A stretch of 47,738 bases of DNA from Rotaria socialis (Eukaryota): the NCBI GenBank assembly GCA_905331295.1, contig CAJNYD010000319.1, positions 1-47,738 on the forward strand, in the 5' to 3' direction. This document shows positions 23,460 through 35,135 of the stretch, piece by piece. A program made the position numbers and the translations under genes. How positions within the stretch are numbered: position 1 is the stretch's first letter; each line of letters begins with the position of its first letter. The notes beneath the pieces are model-generated. The model did not search any database, was not told the origin of the DNA, and saw only the letters and a list, made by a program, of their open reading frames with translations.

Positions 23460-25208
23460 ATTTGTTACTAAAAATATAAAACAAACGTAGATAAGTTTGA
23501 TTCATTGCGATTTTTCAACTCTTCTGTTCGGGATCGTTTCCTTGAATGCGTTTGTAAATGAGAGAAATCACTTTTTCGCTTCGATTATAAAACTCTTTTA
23601 CTATATTAATTCAACTAAAATAAAACGAACGCAAGAGTCGAATTTAACCATATAGGGGATCAGTATTTATTTATTTATTTCAAAAATATAGCTAGTGCTT
23701 ATTAGTTCTTTACTTTTAAAAATGTTTCTAATTTGAATGAGTGAATTTTTTTCTTCATTAAGAACAAGCAACTAAACTTATGATTGAATATTTCATGTAG
23801 TGTTGTGTACCTACTTGATTGATGCTTGTATTTATTTGTTGAAAAATACAGTAAATAGATCTTACGATTCAGGGTTCCTATATAGTAAGCTCATATTGGA
23901 TGATTCCAATTTTGTTGTATCAATATTGAGTCAACAATGACGATTTCGTTGCAATTGCATGTCACACAAAGGTGATGGAATTTTTTCCAACTAACGTTAG
24001 TGATTACGGCACTTTATGACAAATGAATTAATTGAAAAATATTCGAATCTCATTTCCTATCAATTTTTGCAATACAATTTGCTAACGAAACTGCTCAGGT
24101 AGCTATTTTCATGAAATATCATTTTTTTGTTTATGTTATATCGATGCAAGGAACTACTGCATGCGATCAGGTGCTTCAACGCATCTGCCAATCGAAATAG
24201 AATCCATAAAATACCGAAAAATCCTCCATAGTTATATGTCAAATCGTTTGAATTTTAATTTTAATTTTTCTAAACCATATACATGTGAAATAGTGAATGT
24301 TCGACGGTCCATCCATTAGCAGCTTCTTTTTAACTTTTTTTTATCCAAACCCTCTACATTTTGTCAACTTGATTGAAAATGATGAACTTACAAATTTTGT
24401 AAAATTCTCTATCTAGACATTATCTCTCTGTTATGCTTAGATCAATCAACCGCAGAGTGGTTTTGAAGGTTAGCTGAAATAGATAGGAGAGTAAAAATTT
24501 AACCCAAACAACTCTTGGTATTTTTGTCAGTTATAAAAGTACCCAGTCATTTTACCCGATGCATTGACTTTCAAATGGTGACATCCGGTTTTTTTATTCT
24601 AATTTTGAAATTATCTAGTTGTATAAAGAATGACTGATGAATTCAGCGCAGGGTAACCAGTTTGTTTTTTGAACAAAACAAAATTGCTGTTATTAGTATT
24701 ATTCTACGAAAATAAATAGATCTGTGTGCTAGTTCTAATTTGAACTAGATTCAGATTTGTAGAGATATTTTTAATTTGTTTAACGTCAACACTGTTTTTA
24801 GTTTATATTTATTCTGCTTGACTAAGAAGAAACGATCAAACTCATCTCTTTCAATGAGAATATCAAAATCAGTATGTTTTAATAATAAATGCATCGTTAA
24901 ATAGAAAATACATAACTCTACATGTAAATCCTCAACAAAACGTATGAGAGTCTTATCGATTTGAATTGTGCAAACATTACTTAATTGAACGGTATTACGA
25001 ATTCTTATAGAGATGTTCTTTTTACTTATGATGTGACGCATACGCAACAAGCAACTATAGAAAAAAATGTAACAGAAGTAAATTCGATGTAGAGTATGAT
25101 GCAAGTTTGATCTGATATCACTTTAACAAGTAGAACGAACATTACTGACATATTGTCATTGATGGACACAGTTTGAAATCTATAGGTGACTTCGTAGAAT
25201 CATGAATG

Positions 25209-25280
25209 TCCGCGGTAGTATAGTGGTTAGTATCCCCGCCTGTCACGCGGGAAACCGGGGTTCGATTCCCCGCCGCGGAG
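25209..25280 (+). tRNA. tRNA-Asp(GTC)
   Basis: 72-nt canonical cloverleaf: TCCGCGG/CCGCGGA acceptor stem, anticodon GTC at 25242-25244, GGTTCGATTCC B box, followed by a T-run. Confidence 0.97.
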
Positions 25281-26471
25281 TATTTTTTTTTTCGAGAAAT
25301 TTAAATAATTATAGACGCAGAACGAACGAAAAGCTACATCAAATACTTCGGCACCATGTCTTATTTTTTTCTCTAGTATTCGAGATTTATCGTTGGCCAA
25401 TATTCACAAAGACGCCCTCAGATATGAAATTATCGGGATTTTTTCCTTGGATAACATTTAGTATCGGAGCCATCGGGTATTGCAGTAGAGGACAAAAATT
25501 TGATGGCGTACATTTAATTTTGCTTTTACACACTAATACCTGGCCTCCGATTGTACTTTTTTAAAAATATAGGATTTTCGATAAAAAAATGACAAAAAGA
25601 GAGGATATTTTATACACCGTTTCTGTTCAATTAGTTTGGTATTTTTTAACTGCTCTGCTCGAAAATCGTTTTAATGGAGTTGTTATAAACAGTTCAATCG
25701 TAGCCAAGATCCTTATGTAATTTTTTCTACTGAAATAAGTCGCTAATTCGAGGATCATTTTAAAAGTTTTTCACAAATCGATAAATAGCAATAAAGTAGA
25801 TCATAAGCTTTGAAAAAACAAATACTATTTCTCATAATTAAAGAAGACGTTTCAGATTACGGACATGACTTTCCAAAAATCTCAACCTAATTTTATTCTC
25901 CTGATAAGCAGCATTCATCGCTTATTTTTTTCCGCAAGTTTATTTTGTATTGTATCATAACTCAATGTTTTCTAGTAATCAATAAGTGTAAATGAAAATG
26001 CATATACACAGGATGGTGTAAAATTTCATAGGCTTTCAGAAAATGTCGTTTGCGTTTTAAAAAATATATTCTCTTGGTAACAATATCCTTAAAATACAGA
26101 ATGAAACTTATTTTTTCTAGGAGTATATATATAGCTTTTATATCTGACTAAAACTTCACTAAAAACTCGAAACTAGTACATGATCACTTTGTGAATGTTT
26201 TTATCTTTTGAACTATTTTGCATTCTGTATTTAGTATTAAACAATTTCTCAGTCAGCCCACTAAATAGGCGAAAGGAAAAATACTATTTAAAACAAATGT
26301 CACTATATAGTACAAGAATTTGTCCAAAACACATGATTATACGTATTAAAAGTTTTCTTTTCGTATTAAAACAGTAGCAAAATTAAGCGGTTTTCGAAAA
26401 TTTTCTACTTTTTTCGATAAAATATAGGTCGAATCGCAGCCCAAGTGACTAATACAGTAACATTGAAAAAA

Positions 26472-27827
26472 TCATGAGGATTGATTTGACACATGAATAG
26501 ATTGCATCGCAGAAACGATAGCATTGCTTGTTATTGATATTGCGCCAGCAATCGTATTTATTGAATTGGCAACTATCTCAGCAATAGCAGTACATGTAGT
26601 AACGAACATTGGTAATGCTTTAGAGAGTGCTTGACCGCATGGTTTTAATATAGATTCATAGGCAAAGTAGTCAAGCTGGAATGCAACACGCTGAATCGGA
26701 TCCAAACCAAATAGCTTTATATTACGCCGAATGATTGGTACCATGTAAATCAAAAATTTTCCAACAGGTAGTAAAACATTAATATGAAAAAAGTATAAGC
26801 ATTTAAATAAACCACGAAAAAAAGGTTTGAGAACATGGTGGACTATGAATTCACATGCATAATACATCTTATCGCGAACGCTCCAATGATGTTCAGCAGC
26901 AAATTTTTGCAGTCGATAGAATATGATTCGAAAAACTGATCTGATATGAACCAGTAAGCTATGCACTCGCGAAAAAATCTCGGCGCAAATAAGTGAGCTG
27001 ATCGTGTATATGTTAAGAAAAAGAGGCTTGAAAACATGTTGGTGCATAAATGCCAATGCATGACAAATATAATAGAGAGCGTTCACAGAATGACGAATGT
27101 TATATATTTTCAAGTAATATAATAGGTCTCGGAAAGCGGGTACGACGTGAACCATTAATATATAGACTGACATTAACTTCAGTATGTAGATGAACGAACA
27201 TATTTTCTTAATGCCATGAATAAGCGGTAGCAGGACATAATAAAATATATACGTGCATAATGTTTTGATAATATATTCCCGTATCCATAGAAACGTTTCT
27301 TGAAGCAGAATCAAAATTATACAGACAACAAAGTACAACGCTTTAGAAATGTATATGATTAACTTAACAGTAGGCACGATTATATACTTATATAAGAACA
27401 TTACTGTTGGTAAAATAACGTATAGATAAAACTGACCGCTGAGCCATATTGTCTCAAGTCCGATGAGTCGAAGTGCAGGAATTATTCGAGTTTTAATAAA
27501 AAATCCTGTAGGTTGTAGTACTTTTCGGTAACACTCTATTCTCCAATGTCGAATGAACTTTGGAAATGCTATGGTGAGTAATGCTGTATAATTAAACATC
27601 GCATTGATGACCGAATCAGCACATGTTAGTATTTCAAAATACAAACGGATCAAGTGCAGAAGCACTTTTTTGGCGATGTAATAAAAAATATAAATTACAG
27701 CTCCAATTAGAAATAGAGGTAACTTGAAGGTCAATAGATATTTGGGTCCTTTAAAGAATTTGTGCATTTCATCGAATGCAGCAGAAGGCTGTTTAGGTTT
27801 GGAATCATCATGAATTTGTTCTAACAT
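26472..27827 (-). CDS. Uncharacterised hydrophobic/amphipathic helical protein, 451 aa, single exon
   Basis: 1356-bp uninterrupted ORF in AT-rich DNA, rich in I/L/F/Y with recurring (V/I)(L/I/F)xP motifs. Family not recognised. Confidence 0.75.
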   Translation of the reverse strand: MLEQIHDDSKPKQPSAAFDEMHKFFKGPKYLLTFKLPLFLIGAVIYIFYYIAKKVLLHLIRLYFEILTCADSVINAMFNYTALLTIAFPKFIRHWRIECYRKVLQPTGFFIKTRIIPALRLIGLETIWLSGQFYLYVILPTVMFLYKYIIVPTVKLIIYISKALYFVVCIILILLQETFLWIREYIIKTLCTYIFYYVLLPLIHGIKKICSFIYILKLMSVYILMVHVVPAFRDLLYYLKIYNIRHSVNALYYICHALAFMHQHVFKPLFLNIYTISSLICAEIFSRVHSLLVHIRSVFRIIFYRLQKFAAEHHWSVRDKMYYACEFIVHHVLKPFFRGLFKCLYFFHINVLLPVGKFLIYMVPIIRRNIKLFGLDPIQRVAFQLDYFAYESILKPCGQALSKALPMFVTTCTAIAEIVANSINTIAGAISITSNAIVSAMQSIHVSNQSS

Positions 27828-29308
27828 GTCGTTGCTTTTATTGGCTCCGATATAAAATTAATATAAATTTAGTTGAACTTGAGACAAGATTATCTTGCAT
27901 CAATATTAACAGTGAATGTGAACAAACAACTGTGACGTAATCAATCAGTTTATCGTGTATCGTCGCATGAGAAAGAATATTCTGAAAGAGTAAAACAATG
28001 TGTCATATATAGAGCAGGTAAAATGTATGACATAAATCTATCTGATTGTGTATATCGTGTCGTGTAAGTATAATTCTCAGACTATGATATTGACAATGAA
28101 ATAGATACTCATACTGAAAATATATAATCATAAGTAAAAAAACCTGGCAATTAGTATGATATAGAACTTCCAAAAGGTTTTTTTTGCTCTTTACTAGTAC
28201 CCTATGAGAATAATATTACCTGCTGGTTATTGTATTTGATTTTATAGTTGTCGAAGAATATTAACGTATCATGTGCACTTTCTAGAAAAACCTTTGACAG
28301 CGTGTCATAAATATTATTTACCAGCTTTTTGAGAATATTTACGTGCAGAAAAGAAGCTTCCACTGATAAAACAACAACTTTTATTTTCTGTCATATATTT
28401 TCCGCGGTTTCTCTACAATGACGCGCGTGCGTAGGAAACAAAGGTTTTTATTTGATTATTTCGTATTTTTAAATGAGTCACAAATATTGCACAACTCAAT
28501 TACACTGCATTGAATGAGATTCAAGTAAGATTTGCCAGTGAAATAGGCCAATGGCAAACCACCTGTTTCGAGAAACTACGATCGTTTCAAATAGGGAATA
28601 TATTTTTCTATGCACACTCTATATAATCGTTGACAATAAAGATTTTACAGAAATGATGACACTCCGATAGCTTTAAAACGAAGACAAGATTTCAGAATAT
28701 CTTCTTCTATGCAAGTCCTAGATAAAAATGTTAGCGATTCAATTTTGTTTTGTTCACCTCTTTTCGCTAAAGAGAAGATCTTGTACTTGTTGTTTTAATA
28801 TTACAACGAATTAGCTTTTTATATTATTTACGAGGGTGTGAGTGGATGTCATTTATTTAGACATTTCATTACTCAATAGGGGCAATGTCACATCTAGTTA
28901 TTTCCATCGATTCTTCATTGTTTCCATTGTGTATCGAATTGTTTGCCACTTATTCATGATATTGAATTTTCTCATTTGTTTTCTAGACTACGTCTTTCAT
29001 ATCTATCAATAGAACGTACATTTGTCAAAATTACAATAGAAATTTTCTTGCATTTTTTATACTCCAGGAAGTTGTTGAAACAAAACAGAATTATGACCCA
29101 TCTACGCATGAATTCATTACAGAAATTTTCTAAAAATAAACATTTACAATTGAACCTCCGACAATAGATTCTTCTAAAACGACGGAATTTCTATTCAAAT
29201 ATTTTTCGGTTCATTTTTAACGGAAAAATATTTTGACTTGAATACCGCATTGAATTCATAATTTTATAGATTTACTTAGATACATATTCGATCAATACAA
29301 AATGTCAC

Positions 29309-29962
29309 CAGGGCTGCCAAGTGTACCCCATTTGGGTTTTTAAGCTTTTCATATCATAAACTGATTCTTGATATATATAAATTGTGTTTTACAATGAATC
29401 TCATATCGTCACTATAGCGATATTTATAGCGAACAATATTGGTGAAAAATCAGCCAATAATTATTAGTATCTGTTTTTTTCATTCATTTAGTCTTGTTGT
29501 ATCTAAATGTTTTCTATCTTCAGATCAAAATAAATTTTGATGAGTCTTTTCTTTTTTCCTTATAGTGAAACTGTAGCTGCTGAATTAAAAATACGATTGA
29601 ACTGTAAGATGAATTGTAACGAACCTGAATTAATCAAATGTGCTCGACGACAAGAAAAATGTAGTCATGCTAAAAAATCTTGCTCCAGTTGATTACAATA
29701 TTTAGCATGTCTTGATTGGAAGTTTTGTGTTGTTTTGTGGATTATAGGTCTTCTATTTAAATTACGACTTAACTGTGACAGTGTTGTATTGTGAAAGATA
29801 CTCAATAAACTCGAAATCTAATAGAGAACAGTGTAAAATTATGTTGCTTTTTAAGAGAGAAGGTATTTCAGATAGTTTTTCCAAATGAATTCTTTCCATT
29901 TAGAAAAAAATTGAGTACCCCAACGATGTACCACATTTGAAAATCAGCACTTCGCAGTCCTG
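29309..29962. mobile_element. Non-autonomous hAT element, 654 bp
   Basis: Perfect 8-bp TSD AATGTCAC (29301-29308 and 29963-29970). TIR CAGGGCTGCCAAGTG versus CAGGACTGCGAAGTG (13/15 identical). Confidence 0.9.
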
Positions 29963-30780
29963 AATGTCACAGAAACTAAAAGCAATACCAACAACTACAT
30001 ACTTCTTAGGCAATATTTATCGTACGTCTAACAACACTTAGTTTATTTCAGAAACGTATATTTTATCAATTGTGTCTATTTGAATTAATCAAAATTGATA
30101 TTTATAGGCGTAAAATTGAAATAAAATGGATAATCTATAATATCTAATTGCATTTATTTTTTATTAAGCCACTGTGAAATGCATGCGTTCTCTCAAAAAT
30201 CGGCACATTTTACTTTCTTCATAATTCAGGTGAAGAATAGAAGAATTTTACAAAAAAACATATGATTCAAGAATTTTAATCGCACTGAAAATTTGATATT
30301 ATAGATTACGTATAGCGCCTTATCGACTGATTAAGAGTGCTAATGCGCTTACTGTCAGAAGACTTGTTATGTTGCTCTCGATGCTTTATTGACCTTCTAT
30401 AGGACCGCGACTCGATTCGATTCGAACACAGAATGGCTGTTTATTTTTTTAAACGTGTATAGAGAATAAAATAAAAGCGCTGGATGTTTTTTTAACATAT
30501 TTATACGCTTCCAAGCGTGTAATTTAAACGAGTAGTGAGACTCAAAAATATACCCACATCCTCTTGTAAAAAGCTCGATAGAATAGTATTTCTCTTTCGA
30601 TAAGATGTTCAAATATTCACCCTCTAAGTTAATTCATTATATTTCAATTATTGACCAATAATTTTATTTGAATTCTACTAAAATTCTATACAGAAAAAAA
30701 TGCTCTCTCTACTTAATTAATTGTTCTTTGCTTATTTTCAATGTCTACGGCAATATTTCAGTCAGGTTTTCCATTTACAA

Positions 30781-31503
30781 TCACCACCATTTAACTTCAA
30801 ACAAAGGTAGCTTGAAAAACCAATCCATACTATTCAGCAAATGTGCAATAGCCGAGTACCAAGCAATGGCTGCAGTGAGAATACCAAATGCGCCCGCTGC
30901 TCGTTGTAAGTTAGGATCGGCTTGTAAAAATTTGCTGGCGGTAAGAAGTACAAAACAGATAATGAGAAAAACGAACAGACCGATAGTAACGAAATTGGTT
31001 CGTAGAACAGCCAGCAGCATCAGTACCGTATAAATTGTCCATGCAAGAAAAAAGACACCAAGAGCATTATTCAATGCAACTGAATCACTGTAACCAGAAA
31101 GAAAGCTGAAAGCAGATATATTAAGTGAAGCAAAACTGAGCCAGAATCCTCCATAAGAAGAAAATATAAGACCAAGTAAGCTGTTTCCATTACGAAATTC
31201 GAGTAGTCCTGCTAGAAGTTGAACGAGTCCACCATAACATAGAGCAGGGCCCATAACTACACCTAGAGAGGCAGTAACAAGAACAGTTGCACCAGCCAGA
31301 TACATAGATGCCATAAATGTTGTTAAGGCAAATGCACACAATCCAAGTGGAGTTGGATTAAGGTTTTGATAGGGAGCACGATAGGAAGGATTCAGCTCTT
31401 TCGATGAAGCTTTCATCTCGTGTTCAAATTTTAGAAATCTTTCAAATGCTAATCGATTGTGTTCATCAAGATTGGCTATTGTTACTGGTTCGGTCTTTGC
31501 CAT
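30781..31503 (-). CDS. GPR1/FUN34/YaaH (Ady2/SatP, AceTr) acetate/carboxylate transporter, 240 aa, intronless
   Basis: Signature NPTPLGLCAFALTTF (family NPAPLGL), YGGLVQLLAG and FSSYGGFW; six hydrophobic segments. Confidence 0.93.
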   Translation of the reverse strand: MAKTEPVTIANLDEHNRLAFERFLKFEHEMKASSKELNPSYRAPYQNLNPTPLGLCAFALTTFMASMYLAGATVLVTASLGVVMGPALCYGGLVQLLAGLLEFRNGNSLLGLIFSSYGGFWLSFASLNISAFSFLSGYSDSVALNNALGVFFLAWTIYTVLMLLAVLRTNFVTIGLFVFLIICFVLLTASKFLQADPNLQRAAGAFGILTAAIAWYSAIAHLLNSMDWFFKLPLFEVKWW

Positions 31504-33815
31504 TATTTAATATAATTGAATGAAGAATGTTGTAAGTGTCGAGAACGAAAATTTATCTTTATACTTGGGTGAATTCGATTTTTTTTCTGGCAAAGCACAT
31601 CGCAAAAGAAGAGTATTTATATGGAGCCTGAAAAATTCATTTACATCCGTCCTTGAGAGCACGAAAATTATTTTTTGTCTGAAAAGTACACCTGTCCTTT
31701 CTTTCCAGTAATGTACCTTTAGTTGCAGTACAAAGTACTGCGACCTCGGCAAAAGTAAAAGTGCAAAATCATTGAAAATATATTAACAGGCTGGAACCGT
31801 ATACTCATTTCTAGCCCGATCTTCTAAGACATTAGTTAAAAATCGAAGAAGTACTGGGAAGCCCTATGAGACAATAGGCTCAATAATATTGCCAGAAATA
31901 TCATGAGACAAGATTTAGACCAGCCTCAAGCATCAGTTGATACCAGTGAATATTGCTTATTTAATAAAGAGATTCTAAATTAAAAAAATTTCGGAATTGA
32001 ATCAACTCTCGATGAACCTCAAATTATTCTCTCCAACGCCAATGTAGACATTTTTCCTGTCCGTGACAAAAACAAATTATACAACGAACGATTGAACATC
32101 AAATTTTAAGAAAAAACACTTTTTTTCCGTTCAAACACACTCTCTTGTAATGTGAATATATTCATAATGCATTTTTGCGACGCAGAACGCCATCGAAATA
32201 ACAATTTTAATGTATCACAAGAGATCATGTGTTTCTTTTCTCTACAACCGGCGCCAATTAAAAAATCGCTCGAATCCATTTGCTTTCTTTTCTTTATTTA
32301 TGCGTCGTGCATTTAAATGTGTTTAACGCACCGTTCTTTCACTCAACAAAAAGAAAAGAATGTTGTTAAAAAGTTTCAAGAGGCAGCTTGCATACAATGA
32401 ATTTTCTTTTTGAGATGATTGCTTTTACGAACATGTTGCATGAATCCAAGTATTCATATTTTCAATGAAAACGGCTTTTTATCACAGGAAAAGCTGCTAA
32501 CATATAGACAACAATTTCTCTATATCACATTGAAAACTATATGAATTAGATAGAATTATCGTTGAGTTCATTTTTTTTGAGTTTAACATGACAGAATGTA
32601 TTTGAATGTTATGAAAAGAAACGTAGCTCGATACCAAGAATGACAAAGGCGGATGATTAAAACAAGTTTAACTCAATTTAGAAAAATTATGGGCAATGTT
32701 ATGCCACAGTAAGAAATGCATCATTAAAATTTAATTATTCATAGAGTTTATTTCATTGTTAATAAAACATGCAGAAGTTCATCTTTAGAGAATCCCATCA
32801 ATGATATCTCCGCTTCATTTGAAAGCATAATTTTCGAAGGCAATTGAAAAGTAGAAAGTAAAATTCAGAAGTAGAGGCTGCTAGCTTATCGAATATAAAT
32901 TCGCTCTCTAGCTGTATTTGCGATCAGGCGAAAAACAAAATGTGACTATTTCATCATAGATATATGAATATTTTTGTGAATAAGTTATACAAAAAAACAA
33001 GTACTTGTGTTGTTGTTACGTTTTTCTCACTTTTCTTTCTTGGTAAATATGCCAACACTTACAAGTACTCTGAATTCTCAATAACAATATCATTCAGGAC
33101 CAGAAGCGTAAAATAATCTCTTGTATTCTTGCGAGATATTGATAACAAGATTTGTCTGTTTTAAAAAATACTATTTATACATCATGTTGATCTATTACGT
33201 TTTGCTTTTGTTTTGTTTCTTATGGTCCGGCAGAAATTTTAAAATAAATTTTGGTTTTATGAAATTCGTGTTTGTCTTTTAGTTTAATGTGAAGTACGTA
33301 TCATGTTTCTAAAAGTAGGACAGAAATTTTTGATATGCCAAGTAACGAAATGATCAAATGACAATCAGAGCTTTGACGAATTTTTTGAATGGACATGGTA
33401 GTTAACAATCATTTCTAAATTAAAAAAAAAACTATTTCTATAGTTTTGTCACTTATTAAAACGGATTTTGCCTGTGTCATGCATTTGTTTATCGTCGTCT
33501 CAATATTTAAATCGAACTTTAGCACATCGTTTTTTCTGATTTCTTCATTCATTTCTGTACTGTAAACTGCCGATGAATATGAGTTACTTTTTTTCTGTAT
33601 AAAAACTGTCATATTTATACAATCTCTTCCTATGACATATACTGTGTGTTTACAGGTGATGTTTTTCTTTCTCTCCACACACCCATTTGCTAGCAATAGA
33701 ACATAGCAACCACTTTTTATTTGTGTTACTCTTTTGTTTGTTTCTGCGTATCGTTTCCATGGTCATGTAAATATTTTTTTTGACTCAAAATGCGTTTGGC
33801 TGTAACTCGTAGCTA

Positions 33816-34239
33816 CGGAGTAGTCCAAAAATGAAACTTCTCATTTTTTTGCAATTATGTTTTTATATCTTTACCATTCAGTTTTTAGTCCAATTCTTTT
33901 TGCAATAGATACAGCTAAGAATAATTTATTTTTAATACGTTTAACCGTCAATGAAAAGTGAAAAAGAGATTGATTAAATACAAAATCTGTTATTCATCGG
34001 AAAACAAAAATTATCTCCAAGCATCAGTTATGTCTAACTTGAAATTTCGTATAATTGTAAAGTTCTGTATGCGGCAAATCGTGATCGAATCTAAAATAAG
34101 TGCCGAAACACAGCTCTGCATAGGAGCTTTTTTCTAGATCTATCGATTGTAAAAAGAGTTGAACTAAAAACTGCACGGTAAACATTCAAAAATAGGATTT
34201 GCAAAAAAAGAGGATGATTTTGCTTTTTGGACCACGCTG
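33816..34239. mobile_element. Tc1/mariner-type MITE, 424 bp
   Basis: TA flanks at 33814-33815 and 34240-34241. Imperfect ~40-bp TIR CGGAGTAGTCCAAAAA...TTTTTTTGCAA versus CAGCGTGGTCCAAAAA...TTTTTTTGCAA. Confidence 0.7.
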
Positions 34240-35135
34240 TATCGAACACAATTATAACACACAGTTTAGATAAAACATTTCTTGCGAAAGTGTGATCGCA
34301 TGAGATACTATTGACTTTATATTTAGAATTTGAAAGATACGTTACATTCCGTCTCAGATTTTATCTGAATCGCCTAACTTCAGACTAAGGAAATGTTTGA
34401 ATATTTTTGTATCTTAAACGAGACTTTAAAAAGTGAACAAACGATTAAGAGACAAATATACATACCGTGAGGCATCATGAGATGGCAATCTTTATTGAAT
34501 AAAATAGAAAGTATGTATGAATGAACTTTCAATTATGATATTGCTACATGCAGAAAGTAACAAAGACATTAAAGTAAAAAATCTCGATAAACACTGCTGC
34601 AGATTAATACAATGGTATTCTGAAATATTCATCTATTTTCCTTCATGTCTTCTATCGCTAGCTGATGATTTAAGCTTTTCATGTTATAATAAAATTGAGG
34701 TCGAAGATAACGACAGATATATATCCTTTAGTTTCGTTCGTTGAATATTTTATTTCTAAAGAAATCTCAAGACTTTCTGCAGAAGATTATGAACCATTCT
34801 CGTTCTACCAGTTTGCTTGCTTGTGTGAATGAAATTTTCCAATATTTTATAAAGAAGACCAACAAGATGTACATGAGAAATCATTGGTTATCATACCTGT
34901 AGTATAATTCGCTATCTAAGTACATGATGAAGGAAATTTAACATCAGATGACAACGGAAACAGTATTTTATTGTATAGATTTTCCATGAATAACCGTAAA
35001 AAAGTCAAATTACACACACACACGGAGAAGAAGAAATAAAAGAACAATACGAGTATCTTTCTACATATGTAATACCAACTGAATATTAAAGCAGGCGTGT
35101 GAAACAAAGAAAAGGAAAACGAATGATGTATGCGT

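Noticed and set aside
25202..25564. 120-aa ORF
   Set aside because: Overlaps tRNA-Asp and its T-run; no protein features.
30668..31033. 121-aa plus-strand ORF
   Set aside because: Antisense to the well-supported transporter gene.
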